Shown piece after piece: positions 25,386-38,568 of a stretch of 64,000 nt of DNA. The DNA is taken from positions 111,230,001 through 111,294,000 of the forward strand of contig CM059431.1 in assembly GCA_030390025.1 (NCBI GenBank). Reading direction: 5' to 3'. The DNA comes from Squalus acanthias (taxonomy: Eukaryota). The position numbers and the translations under genes are program-made. Position 1 is the first letter of the stretch. Each line of letters opens with the position of its first letter. Under the pieces are notes generated by a model, which had not been told where the DNA came from, made no database searches, and was given only the letters and a program-made list of their open reading frames with translations.

Positions 25386-26146
25386 GGCCCTGAAATTCGC
25401 CTCTCCGGCTTGCCGCGGGGGTAAGGATCGTGCGCGCACTTACCTACCGCGCCTGCCGTTGACCTCTGGGCCCATGGGAACTTCAGCTCCTGGGCCTGCT
25501 CCAAGTGCCGGCGCGCAGTGCTTGCGTGTCCCAGGGGCGTAGTTAGTGCAATGCATCCCCTGGGATCACGTGGGCCATGGAGAGCCAATGGCAGCAAACC
25601 ATCTTTCATTCATAGATTTGACAGGAAGACCTGTCAAATCTATGAATTGAAATCAGCCCCAAAAGAACAGCTAAACCTCAAATACATTTTTAAAAAACCA
25701 TCACATTTATAAAATAACTATAAGTTAAATAAATTAACTACTTTAAACAAAAATTTAAATTTTTGAAAAAATTAAAATACTTTTTAACAGTGCTAAAAAT
25801 AGACTTACCTTACTTTAAAGTATCTAAAAAAGATAAACCTGTTGAAATTTTTTTTAAATTATGATTAATTAACCACTTACCTTGTTGAAAACGGGTCTTG
25901 CGCCTCCTTTTTAAAAGCGCAGGTTCTTCAATACCCTCCCGGAGAAACCTGAAAAAAAAACTAAGTTTGCTGCGTGCGCGCAGCCTCTACTGCGCATGTG
26001 GTTCACCTTTAACCCCCTCCCTTCACCAGACCAGAAGTTCCGGTTTCCCGCGCATGCGCAGTGCATGCAGGAAACCGGCACTTCAGGACGCCTTACGGGT
26101 GAGTACACAGTGCGTACTCACCCGGCAAGGGCCGAATTTTTGGTCC
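25386..26146. mobile_element. MITE (family Z) inserted between CR1 ORF1 and ORF2
   Basis: Imperfect TIR GGCCCTGAAATT/AATTTTTGGTCC; TSD AAT; inverted homolog at 61936-62675. Confidence 0.85.
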
Positions 26147-26147
26147 A

Positions 26148-29100
26148 ATGTGTTTAGAATGCATGTACGTAAACGCGCAAAGTGTGGTGAATAAGGTTGG
26201 TGAGCTACAAGCACAATTAGCCGTGTGGCAATATGATGTTGTGGCAATAACGGAAACGTGGCTTAAAAACGGTGAGAACTGGACACTTAATATTCAAGGG
26301 TACAAGGTGTTCAGAAAAGATAGGGAAGGAAAAAAGGGAGGTGGGGTGGCAGTGCTGATTAAGGAAGACATTGTAGTGTTGGAAAGAGAGGATGTTCTTG
26401 AGGGGACAAGGACAGAATTCATTTGGTTAGAGTTGAGGAGCAAAAAGGGTATGATCATGCTATTGGGGGTATTCTACAGGCCTTCAAATAGTGAGAGGGC
26501 GGTAGAGGAGCAAATCTGCAGGGAAATCGCAGAGATATGCAAGAGCTATAGAGTGGTGATATTGGGGGACTTTAATTACCCAAATATTGATTGGGATAAT
26601 GCTAGGGTAAAGGGAAAGGAGGGGGGGGGGAATTTCTGAAATGTGTTCAGGAGAATTTCCTTAACCAATATGTTCTTGGCCCAACTAGGAAGGAGGCATT
26701 GCTGGATCTGGTGCTGGGGAATGAGGTGGGCCAGGTCAACCAAGTGTCTATGGGAGAACACTTAGGTACGTGTGATCATCGTATCATAACATTTAGATTA
26801 GCAATGGAGAGGAGCAAGGAACAATCGAGAGTGGAACTTCTAAACTAGAATAGGGCTAACTTCAATGGGATGCGAAAGGATCTAGTCAGGGTAAAACGGA
26901 ACCTAAGACTGACAAGAAAAACTGTAACGGAACAATGGGTGATCTTTAAGGAGGAGATGTTCCAAGTACAGGCTAGGTATATTCCAACAAGAGAGAAGGG
27001 TAAGGGAATCAAAGCAAGGGCTCCTTGGATGACGAGGAAGATAGAGAAGATGATGAAACAAAAAAGAGGGTGTATGATGCATGTCAGGTGAATTCTTCAA
27101 GGGAGAACCAGACCAAATACAATAAGTTGAGAGGGGATGTGAAGATGAAAATAAGATTGGCAAAGAGAGAATATGAGAGTTGAATGGTGGTTAACATAAA
27201 AGGGAACCCAAAAATCTTCTACGGGCATGTAAACAGTAAGCGGGTAGTAAGAGGCGGGGTGGGTCCATTAGAGACAAAGAAGATGATATATGCTTAGAGG
27301 TGTAGGGCAAGGCTAGAATACTGAATGAATACTTTGTATCTGTGTTTACTAAGGAGGTGGATGCTGACAAAATATCGGTAGAAGTGGAAAAGGTAGAAGC
27401 AATGGAAGGGGTGAAAATTGATAGACAGGATGTACTAGAAAGGCTGGGTATGCTTACAGTGGATAAGTCACCTGGTCCAGATGGCTTGCATCCCAGGTTG
27501 CTACGAGAATTGGGGGAAGAGATAGTGGAAGGGCTTGCAATAATTTTCCAATCTTCCCTAGATGTGGGGGAGGTGCCTGAGGACTGGAAAGTGGCAAATG
27601 TGACACCATTGTTCAAGAAAGGGTGTAAGGACAATCCTAGTAACTGCAGGTCGGTCAGTTTAACATCAGTGGTGGGTAAAGTTTTAGAAACAATAATCAA
27701 GGAAAAAATTAAAGGGCACTTGGAGAGATTTATGCTAATTAAGGAGAGCCAACATGGATTTGTAAAAGGCAGATCGTGTTTGACTAATCTAATTGAATTT
27801 TTTGATGAAGTAACAGGGAGGATTGATGAAGGGAATGCAATGGATGTTGTCTACATGGATTTTCGGAAGGCGTTTGACAAAGTACCACATAGAAGGCTGG
27901 TGAACAAAATTGAGGCTCATGGAATAGGTGGGTCAGTGGCAACTTGGATAAGGAATTGGCTTAAGGACAGAAAACAGCGAGTTGTGGTAAATGGCTGTTT
28001 TTCAGGCTAGAGGATGGTAGACAGTGGTGTTCCCCAAGGGTCAGTGCTGGGGCCACTGCTTTTTTTGATATATATAAATGACCTGGATATTGGAATAGAG
28101 AGTAGAATTTCTAAATTTCCCAATGACACCAAACTTGGGGGTGTGGCAACCACTGAGGATGATACCAATCGACTGCAACAGGACATAGAAAGGCTAGCAG
28201 AATGGGCAGACAAGTGGTAGATGGAATTTAATACAGAGAAGTGTGAGGTGATGCATTTTGGCAGAAGGAACAGGGAAAGGCAATATACACTTAATGGCAC
28301 AGTTTTAAAGAGTGTGCAGGGACAGAGGGACCTGGGAGTTAATGTGCATAGGTCCCTGAAGGTGGCGGGACATATTGAGAGAGTGGTTAGCAAAGCATAT
28401 TGGATCTTGGTCTTCATAAATAGAGGTATTGAGTACAAAAGTAGAGAAGTTATGTTAAACCTTTATAAAGCGCTGGTTAGGCCACAACTGGAGTATTGCG
28501 TCCAGTTCTGGTCACCACACTTTAGGAAGGATGTGAAGGCACTTGAGAGGAGATTTACCAGAATGATTCCGGGGATGGGGGATCTTAGCTACAAGGACAG
28601 GTTGGAGAAGCCGGATTTGGTTTAATTAGAGCAAAGGAGGTTGCGGGTTTATTTGATAGATGTGTACAAGATTATGACGGGTTTGGATAGGCTAGACTGG
28701 GTATGACAGTCGGGAAGGAGTGGCCCTGGGAGTCCTCAACATTGACTCCGGACCCCATGAAGCCTCATGGCCTCAGGTCAAGCATGGGCAAGGAAACATC
28801 CTGCTGATTACCACCTACCGCCCTCCCTCAGCTGATGAATCAGTACTCCACCAGTTGGAAGATGCACTGAGAGTAGCAAGGGCACAGAATGTACTCTGGG
28901 TGGGGGACTTCAATGTCCATCACCAAGAGTGGCTCGGTAGCACCACTACTGACCAAGCTGGCCGAGTCCTGAAGGACATAACTGCCAGTCTGGGCCTGAG
29001 ACAGCTGGTAAGAGAACCAACACGAGGGAAAAACCTACTTGACCTCGTATTCACCAATCTGCCTGTCGCAGATGCATCTGTCCATGACAGCATTGGTAGC

Positions 29101-31563
29101 AGTGACCACCGCACAGTCATTGTGGGGACGAAGTCCCGTCTTCACACTGAGGACACCCTCCATCGTGTTGTGTGACACTACCACCGTGCTAAATGGGATA
29201 GATTCAGACCAGATCTAGCAGCTCAAAACTGGGCATCCATGAGGTGCTGTGGGCCATCAGCAGCAGCAGAATTGTATTCCACCACAATCTGTAACCTCTT
29301 GGCCCGGCATATCCCTCACTCTACCATTACCATCAAGCCAGGGGACCAATCCTGGTTCAATAAGGAGTGTAGAAGAGCATGCCAGGAGCAGCACCAGGCG
29401 TACCTAAAAATGAGATGCCAACCTGGGGAAGCTGCAACACAGGACTACATGCATGCTAAAAAGCGGATGCAGCATGTTATACACAGAGCTAAGCGGTCCC
29501 ACAATCAATGGATCAGATCAGAGCTCTGCAGTCCTGCCACATCCAGTCGCGAATGATGGTGGACCATTAAATAACTAACGGGAGGAGGAGGCTCCATGAA
29601 TATCCCCATCCTCAATGAGGGTGGAGCCCAGCACGTGAGTGCAAAAGACAAGGCTGAAGCATTTGCAACCATCTTCAGCCAGAAGTGCCGAGTGGATGAT
29701 CCATATTGGCCTACTCCTGAGGTCCCCACCATCACAGAAGCCAGTCTTCAGCCAATCCGATTCACTCCACGTGATATCAAGAAACAGCTCAGCGCACTGG
29801 ATACAGCAAAGGCTATGGGCCCCGACAATATCCTGGCTATCGTGCTGAAGATTTGTGCTCCAGAATAGCCAAGCTGTTCCAGTACAGCTGCAACACTAGC
29901 ATCTATCCGACAATGTGGAAAACTGCCCAGGTATGTCCTGTCTACAAAAAGCAGGACAAATCCAAACCGGCCAAATACCGCCCCATCAGTCTAACTCTCA
30001 ATCATCAGCAAAGTGATGGAAGGTGTCATCAACAGTGCTATCAAGCGGCACTTACTCACCAATAACCTGCTCACTGATGCCCAGTTTGGGTTCCGCCAAG
30101 TCCACTCAGCTCCCGACCTCATCACAGCCTTGGTCCAAACATGGACAAAGGAGCTGAATTCCAGAGGTGAGGTGAGAGTGACTGCCCTTGACATCAAGGC
30201 AGCATTTGACCGAGTGTGGCATCAAGGAGCCCTAGTAAAACTGAAGTCAATGGAAATCAGGGGGAAAACGCTCCACTGGCTGAAGTCATACCTAGCACAA
30301 AGGAAGATGGTTGTGGTGATTGAATGTCAATCATCACAGCCCCAGGACATCGCTGCAGGAGTTCCTCAGGGCAGTGTCCTAGGCCCAACCATCTTCAGCT
30401 GCTTCATCAATGACCTTCCCTCCAACATAAGGTCAGAAATAGGGATGTTCGCTGATGACTGCACAGTGTTCAGCGCCATTCACAACTCCTCAGATAATGA
30501 AGCAGTCCATGCCCGCATGCAACAAGACCTGGACGGCGTTCAGGCTTGGGCTGATAAGTGGCAGGTAACATTCGCGCCACAGAAGTGCCAGACAATGACT
30601 ATCTCCAACAAGCGAGAGTCTAACCACCTCCCCTTGCCATTCAACAGCATTACCATCACCGAATCCCCCACCATCAACATCCTGGGGGTCACCATTGACC
30701 AGAAACTTAACTGCACCAGCCACATAAATATTGTGGCAACAAGAGCAGGTCAGAGGCTAGATATTCTGCAGCGAGTGTCTCACCTCCTGACTCCCCAAAG
30801 CCTTTCCACCATCTACTAGGCACAAGTAAGGTTGGAATACTCTCCACTTGCCTGGATGAGTGCAGCTGCAACAACATTCAAGAAGCTCGACACCATCCAG
30901 GACAAAGCAGCCCGTTTGATTGACACCCCAGCGTACTGTGGCTGCAGTGTGTACCATCTACAAGCTGCACTGCAGCAACTCGCCAAGGCTTCTTCGGCAA
31001 CACCTCCAAACCCGCGACCTCTTCCACCTAGAAGGACAAGGGCAGCAGATGCATGGGAACACCACCTCCTCCAAGTTCCCCTCCAAGTCACACACCATCC
31101 TGACTTAGAAGTATATCGCCGATCCTTCATTGTCACTGGGTTAAAATCCTGGAACTCCCTACCTAACAGCACTGTGGGAGTACCTTCACTCCACGGACTG
31201 CAGCAGTTCAAGAAGGCGGCTCACCACCACCTTCTCAAGGGCAACTAGGGATGGGCAATAAATGCTGGCCTTGCCAGCGACGCCCAGATTCCATAAGCAA
31301 ATTTTAAAAAAGACGGTGAAAGGCTGTTCCCACTAGTTGATGGTACAAGGACTAGGGGACACAGATTTAAGGTTTTGGGCAAGAGATACAGTGGGGATGT
31401 GAGGAAAAACCTTTTTACGCAGCGAGTGGTGAGGACCTGGAACTCACTGCCGACAGAAGTGGTGGAAGCGGAGACACTCAATATTTTCAAGGGGAGACTG
31501 GATAGGCACTTGAGGGAAATAAACCTGCAGGGCTACGGGGATAGAGCGGGGAAATGGGACTGA
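26148..31563 (+). pseudogene. CR1 ORF2 (APE endonuclease plus reverse transcriptase), disrupted
   Basis: NAQSV, ITETWL, GDFNYP, KSPGPDG, DFRKAFDKVPH, GVPQGSVLGP; several stops and frameshifts; interrupted at 28698-31310. Confidence 0.9.
28698..31310 (+). mobile_element. LINE family B (APE plus RT, CR1/jockey group) nested in CR1 ORF2
   Basis: GDFNVH, SDH, DIKAAFDRVWH, GVPQGSVLGP, FADD; A-rich tail; apparent TSD AGAC (28694-28697, 31311-31314). Confidence 0.9.
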
Positions 31564-31949
31564 CTGGATTGCTCTACAGAGAGCCGGCACGGACTCGATG
31601 GGCCGAATGGCCTCCTTCTGTGCCGTTATGATTCTATAACTCTATGACTATGACCTCCATCAAATCTCCCCTTAACCTTCTCTGCTCTGAGGGGAACAAC
31701 CCAGATTCTCCAGTCTCCTCACAAAACTGAAGTCCCTCATCCCTGGTACATTATAATGTGGACAGATAATAAAGTTAAGAAACAAAAGAGAGAAAACAGG
31801 CTGAGGAGTAAAGTTCTCTGGCACACACTGCTAATAATATGATTCCAAGCATCAGCTGTAACCGTCTAAGCTTTTCAGAATAGAATTTTACAACAAGGAG
31901 ACATTAATTTGATAGTTTGGTAATATAGTTAAGATTGAAATGTTCATAA

Positions 31950-32062
31950 TAAGGCAGCATCTGTGTCTTGATGAAAGGTCATCGACCTGAAACATTAACG
32001 CTGTTTCTCTCTGCACAGATGCTGCCTGACCTGCTGAGTATTTCCAGCATTTTCTGTTCTTA
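31950..32062 (+). mobile_element. Mini Penelope-like terminal-repeat fragment
   Basis: TGATGAAAGGTCATCGACCTGAAACATTAAC...CCAGCATTTTCTG, preceded by an inverted AGGCAGCATCTGTG piece. Confidence 0.7.
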
Positions 32063-32519
32063 TTCATGAAAAACGGCATCGTTTTAATTAACTCCCTTGA
32101 CATCTGTACAGGCTAAATGCAGCTTTAAAAATCTTTTTTCTGAAAGAGACTGGAATGTTTATTTCTAGTATTTTCCGCCAACAGGATCTTTACTTTTAGC
32201 AGCTTTACAAATCGTGCTATTTTCCTTCTTTATGGTACCAAATGCATGATGGGACAAACAGGCTGCTCAAACTCCCGAGTTTAGCGACACATTTTGTTGG
32301 GAGTAAAGCCAGGAGATTAGTCCAATAAAAGAGACAGAAAGGCAGATGATGATGAATGAAAGGGAAAAAAATTGAAAATGAGAAATATGGAAATATTTAA
32401 GAAATCTTTAAAAAAAATGAAGGATAAAGACTACAGGAAATAATCTGGAAAAGTATAGGAAGAGTTGAAGCATTGATGTTTTCAGCCCTACAGGGTGAGA
32501 ATGCAAATTGAGCAAATTG

Positions 32520-32935
32520 AGGTTATTCCTATCTAGAAAAGAGAAGGCTGAGATGTGACCTAATAGAGGTCTTTACGATTATGAAAGGGTTTGATAGGGT
32601 AGATGTAGAGAAGATGTTTCCACTTGTGAGGGAGTCCAAAACTAGGGGCCATAAATATAAGACGGTCACTAATAGATCCAACAGGGAATTCAGGAGAAAC
32701 TTCTTTACTCAGAGAGTGGTGAGAATGTGGAACTCACTACCACAGGGAGTAGTTGAGGCGAATAGCATTGAGGTATTTAAGGGGAAGCTAGATAAACACA
32801 TTGGGGAGAAAGGAATAGTGGGTTATGCCGATAGGGTGAGGTGAAGTAAGGAGGGAGGAGGCTCGTGTGGAGCATAAACACCGGCACGGACCAGTTGGGC
32901 CGAATGGCCTGTTTCTGTGCTGTGCATTCTATGTC
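32520..32935 (+). mobile_element. CR1 LINE 3' fragment
   Basis: ORF 32581-32844 TRGHKYK...FFTQRVVRMWNSLP plus 3' UTR. Confidence 0.9.
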
Positions 32936-33509
32936 ACCTACTGATAAGGACCGGACTATTGTCTAGTGTCAGTCCAATGTATTTTCGTGCAATCTAATAG
33001 GTTTCTAATTATATAGGATGCTCCCAGTCGATTTGATTTCTTATCCGTACGGATCCAGTTCCCAGTATTTGTTTGCACAGTACCTGTTTCAGCACTGCGG
33101 CACACAGGTTTCAGTCAACCTAACAACATCTCTTGTGGTACTGCAACTGCCTCAGCAGCAGCTGTGGCTAATGGTCAGATTGTGCTAATAAGACTCTGGG
33201 CAGATTGTCAATTTGTTGTGTATCCATTTTATATTTAATGAGCGTCACACAGCACATTTGCTGTCAGCCTAACACTTACTGTTGGGCATTCTGTTGCCAC
33301 TGCTGTGCTCGTAGCACTGCATTTAGGCTTCGTTTAATTTGTAGTGTATTTATCATTTTATCCAACATAATTCTTCCCTGCACACTTACGAAGGATACAG
33401 CTGCCTGCCTTCTTCTGCTGGGATGTTGAAGAAAAGAAAAAGAAACATGGTATTCTATATAATACTCATCGTTCCCCGCCCCCATTAATTTTATATTGTT
33501 TGAATACTA

Positions 33510-34685
33510 TGGGGGCGGTTTTAAACCTACATGTCTGGCGGAAACCGGGCAGGTGGGCAGTTACTCAGTTGGTAGCCAGAGACTTGAGCACAAAAATCTG
33601 AGCTGACACTCCAGTGCAGTACTGAAGGAGCGCTGCACTGTCAGAGCTGCCGTTTTTCGGATGAGACGTTAAACTGAGGCCCCGTCTGCTCTCTCTCAGG
33701 TGGATGTAAAAGAACCCATGGCACTATTTCGAAGAAGAGCAGGGGAGTTATCCCCGGTGTCCTGGCCAATATTTATTCCTCAATCAACATCACTAAAAAC
33801 AGATTATCTGGTCATTATCACATTGCTGTTTGTGGGAGCTTGCTGTGCGCAAATTGGCTGCCACGTTTCCCACATTACAACAGTGACTACAATTCAAAAT
33901 TACTTCATTGGCTGTAAAGCACGTTGGGACGTCCTGAGATCGTGAAAGGCGCTACATAAATGCAAGTCTTTCTTTCTTTAAAATTGCCCATGTTACTTAC
34001 TCACCCTGGAGCCGCCGACCGTTGTCAGGTCAAATCAACTGGGAGCATCCTATATAATTATAAACCTATTTGATTGCACTAAAGTACATTGGACTGACAC
34101 TAGACAATAGTCCAGTCCTGAGCAGGCAGCAAGGACACTCACTTAAAACCGGCAAGGTCCTTTTTTACATATGGCACATCAGGTCCCAATGACATCATCG
34201 AGACCCGCCTGCTATTTTAACTTGGCGCCCTGAGGGGGAAGCCGCAGTCAGTTTCCTGGCGAGTGGGGATGGTGGGGAAAAAGGATCGGGGCCAGAAGAG
34301 GCCTAAACAGGTAAGTTTTTTTTTCATTTTCCTTGTGGGGCCAGGAGGAGCAGGAGTGCTTCACTGGACCCCCCCCACAAGGAAAGCTTAGGCTTCCTCC
34401 CTGCAGACTTTCACCCCCCCGCCCCCCACTTCCCGATTGCAAGACTCCAGCGACACAGCCCAGCAGCCAATCTTGCCACCTACCTGGTGTTGGGGCAGCG
34501 GGCTTCTGTGCCACGTGATTTTTGCACTGCGTCCCATCCAGAACGGATGAGAAGTCGGCCGGCGGGACTTAAATTAGGCCCGGGAGTTAAAATAGCCAAG
34601 GCCTCATTTCTGGACCAGTGGTGAGTTTCTAATACACACTGCTGCCCACCGACCCAAAACTGGCCCAGAGTTAAAATCGGGCCTC
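33510..34685. mobile_element. Degenerate MITE carrying a SINE and an inverted copy of nearby DNA
   Basis: Ends GGGGGCGGTTTTAA/TTAAAATCGGGCCT; internal similarity to 19060-19767. Confidence 0.5.
33575..33980 (+). mobile_element. SINE, probably DeuSINE/SacSINE1-like, 5'-truncated
   Basis: Core GGAGTT..CCCGGTGTCCTGGCCAATATTTAT and L2-like tail AAAGGCGCTA.ATAAATGCAAG shared with other copies. Confidence 0.8.
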
Positions 34686-36032
34686 ATATCTGCGCATCAA
34701 TTTACCTACTAGCTTTTCACTTAAAGAGGCAACATCATCATAAAGTTGGCAGACTTTTGTGTTTGGGAAAGGAGAAGAGTCTTTTTGCCCATAAATGTTT
34801 CCACATGCAAGTGACATAATTATGGATTTCATTGCAATTTACCACAGTGTCACATTTGTCATCCAAAAAAATTATTTTGCTAAACATTTTTGCATCGAGA
34901 TAGTGGCCCTTTAACAGTACAGGCTGATAAGAGACACATGGTTCCAGTCTGCCAGCACCTCTGGCCTGATCATTAATGACCTTGTCGCTAAGTATCAATT
35001 AGCTGCTCTGGGTTCGATTATCCCAGCTTTCTCAAGACTTAAAAAACATCACTGACAGGAAATTACATCACCTGGTCTTAATTCACTGACACTGAGTGGT
35101 TACTACGCAGTGCTGGTTATTTAACACTCAGTTCTTGCTTGCACCTGACTCCAGTCTAAACAAAGTCAGCAAATTCTATGTAAACCAGCTTGGATCTGAT
35201 CCCAACCCTGAATAAGTCCAGTCCCAAGTGGCCAGTAAATGGAGCTTGAGAATCTGCAGTTAATAATTGATAAATAGGTAACTAGGTGCTTTACAACTCC
35301 CTAGCTAGATTTTTAAGTACAAATTTTGCACTTATAATCAATAAGTAAGTAGCTGGGAATTTTAGAGCTGTCTGGTGTATGTAGTTTTAAATGCCAGCGA
35401 CTGCTAAGCTTTGACAGACTGCAGTTCCCTGTTTTTATAGATTATCTCATTATGTGCCTGCCTAGATGCCTTCTTAGAAGAAAAGAACACATCAAGGTGT
35501 CAAAATATCAGCAACTTTTTAACAAGTGGCGAATGAACAGCAAAGATAAAACAGCCCCGGTGTAAGCAAGGTGCCACACAGTAAATAAAGCACATAGCCT
35601 TGTTTATTCAGGATCCCAAAAACTTACTGAGCATTAGCAATAAGCAAGGAAGGTCAAGTCGAAGATTCAGGATTCATCTTGATCTATCTGTTCCAGCATA
35701 GAAGTAAAGATACAACCTCAGCTCTTTTTGAGTTTAATTTTACCAACTCCTACAATCCTAGGGAAGTGCTTTCACTGCCTGCGTTCAATAAGGATTTGTG
35801 GAACTTTCAGAAGCACTCAATGGGGTGTGAAAATTCAACTCCTCAGTAATACAGGAACTCCAACTTCATGAAGCGGTTGATATCCTTTGTCAAACAGTGC
35901 ACATGTACAAAGGATATAAATGTAACAAGTTCTTGAATATCTTTCTGCTCCACACACAGATGGTTAATAATTAAAAGACTTTAGTGATATTAACTGCCTG
36001 TAATGCAAACTTGATCACTAGATGGTAGTAGA

Positions 36033-36502
36033 AAGAAAGACTTACATTTATATAGCGCCTTTCACGACCACCGGACGTCTCAAAGCGCTTTACAGCCAAT
36101 TAAGTACTTTTTTGAAGTGGAGTCACTGTTGTAATGTGGGAAACGTGGCAGCCAATTTGCACACAGTAAGCTCCCACAAACAGCAATGTGATAATGACCA
36201 TATAATCTGTTTTAGTGATGTTGATTGAGGGATAAATATTGGCCTGGACACAGGGGATAACTCCCCTGCTCTTCTTCAAAATAGTGCCATGAGATCTTTT
36301 ACATCCACCTGAGAGAGCAGACAGGGAGTCAGTTTAACATCTCATCCGAAAGATGGCACCTCCAACAGTGCAGCACTCCCTCAGCACTGCACTGGAGTGT
36401 CAGCCTAGCTATTTGTGGTCAATTCCCTGGAGTGGGACTATGAACCCACAACCTTCTGACTCAGACAGGCGAGTGTGCTACCCACTGAGCCACAGCTGAC
36501 AC
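36033..36502 (-). mobile_element. Full-length tRNA-derived SINE (DeuSINE/SacSINE1-like)
   Basis: tRNA-like head (TGGCTCAGTGGG A box, GGTTCATAGTCC B box), central domain, L2-like tail; TSD TAGTAGA (36026-36032, 36503-36509). Confidence 0.85.
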
Positions 36503-37269
36503 TAGTAGAGATACACTAGTAATTATTCAGACTTGTTATATGCAATTTTTATGAACTTTCTACAGATTTGCTTACATTAAATTACCCTGCTCACTTTACA
36601 TGTGAAGATTATCAGGACTGGTTGGTTGAAGCATTTGCATTAACCCTTTAAAGACTGGGATTGTTTCTTTACTAAAATGAAAGCAAAGTTGATAACATAG
36701 TTTACTTAAATGGGTTTATTCATATAATTGTATCAGTAGTGTTGAAGGTGATCCAACGCTTACAATGCTGGACTGTTTTGGCTCCTGACTTTGGATCCCA
36801 ATCTCTATTGAAAGCTGTACTCTGACTCTTCCTAGAAGGGCATGTTCACTCCCTGCTAGCTTGACTGGGGAAGGAATTTGTGTTTGGCATCAATTGAGAG
36901 ATTGCAGATGATACTGAACCTGGTTTTATGGTTTATCCATTTAAAGTAAGGGCCAATATACAGATGGGATTTTTGTGTTTCTGCCAGCAATGTTACGTCT
37001 GGTTCTTAGCACAAACAGTATGCTAGACCCCAAGTGAATTTTTTAAAATGTAAGTTCCGCTTATTTTTTTAAAACATTGCCGAAGAACATTGCGGGTCAG
37101 GAGACCACAGATCATTAAGAGTCAAATCCAGCCACTGTGTCCTTCCCCTTTAAGGCAGTGGTGATAGTAAGCACTGAGGGGAATTTATTTTTCACTTAAA
37201 TAGTGAAAGCCAATTATGATTCTCACAGAGGTTTTACATCTTGTTCTAAGTTCAGATACCGCAGTATCT

Positions 37270-38062
37270 ATATAAGAAACTAACGGAGGTAGGAGGCTCC
37301 ATGAACATCCCAATCCTCAATGACAGTGGAGCCCAGCATGTGAGTGCAAAAGGCAAGGCTGAAGCACTTAAACTATCTTTGGCCTGAGGTGCTGAGTGGA
37401 TGATCCTTCTCGGCCTCTTCCTGAGCTGCCCACCATCACAGATACCAGTCTCCAGCCAATTCGATTCACTCCACGTGAAGTCAAGAAACAGTTGCGTGTA
37501 CTGGGCACAGCAAAGGCTGCAGGCTCCGACAACATCCCGGCTGTAGTGCTCCAAAAGTCCAGCCCTTAGCCAAGCTGTTCCAGTATAGCTACAACACTGG
37601 CATCTACAATAAAATGTGGAAAATTGCCCAGGTATGTTCTGTCCAAAAAAGCAGGACAAGTCCTAACTGGACAATTATCGCCCTATTAGCCTGCTCCCGA
37701 TCTCATCAGCAAGGTGATGGAAGGCGGTATCAACAGTACTATCAAGTGGCACTTAAACACCAATAACCTACTCTATAACTAAGGATGCTCAGTTTGGATT
37801 CTGCCAGGACCACTCGGGTCCAGATCTCATCACAACCTTGGTCCAAACATGGGCACAGATCTGAATTCCTGAGGTGAGGTGAGAGTGACTGCCCTGGACA
37901 AGTGTGGGACCAAGGAGCCCTAGTAAAACTGAAGTCAATGGCGATCAGGTAAAAACTCTCCAGAGACTGGAGTCATACCTGGCACAAAGGGAGATGGTTG
38001 TGGTTGTGGTTTTCAGAGGCAAATCATCTCAGCCCCAGGACATCTCTGCAGGAATTCCTCAT
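37270..38062 (+). mobile_element. Degenerate internal fragment of LINE family B
   Basis: Colinear with 29565-30368, with many substitutions and indels. Confidence 0.85.
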
Positions 38063-38568
38063 CAGCAGTTCTTTGGAATTTGTGGTCGAATAAAATTATC
38101 CATCATCAATGTCTAAAGGTTAAAAGTTGTGATAACAGAGGTGGTTTTTCACCTACATTAACTGCATGCTGAATCTAAGTGCCATACATAGTGTAAGACA
38201 TGTACTATACATTATGCTGTATGTAACACCTTTTAAGAGTTAAAGGGCCTGTCAAAGAGTATTTTCTTATTCTCTATTGCAGCACTCATAAGTGAGGCAA
38301 AGAATGTATACACCCTCTAAATTCATATAAATTGTTTTCAAAAAGCAAACGAATTGATAATTTATTTTATCTGACTGTAAGAAAAAACAAATGAGTGGGG
38401 GTCCAAGTAAATTAGATGGCAAATATTGCCCCTGGAGGAACCCAGATCCAACAGAAGAAGTGGTTTTCTACACCTCCAGAAGCAGTAGCAACAAATCAGA
38501 AGTATAACTGGCTACTGGCGCTTTGCCTCAAGGAGCTCTTTGGGATCTTATCTTGTGTCCTGGGTCGT

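Larger units (their letters stand above)
23952..31652 (+). mobile_element. Near full-length CR1 LINE (5' UTR, ORF1, ORF2, 3' UTR), decayed, with two nested insertions
   Basis: 6-bp TSD ACCTCC (23946-23951, 31653-31658); ORF1 esterase, ORF2 APE plus RT; microsatellite-like CTATGA tail. Confidence 0.93.

Noticed and set aside
35431..35561. Plus-strand exon candidate
   Set aside because: Unrecognised peptide, weak donor and no supporting plus-strand exons.
36420..36502. tRNA gene
   Set aside because: The A/B boxes belong to a SINE head that continues into SINE body.
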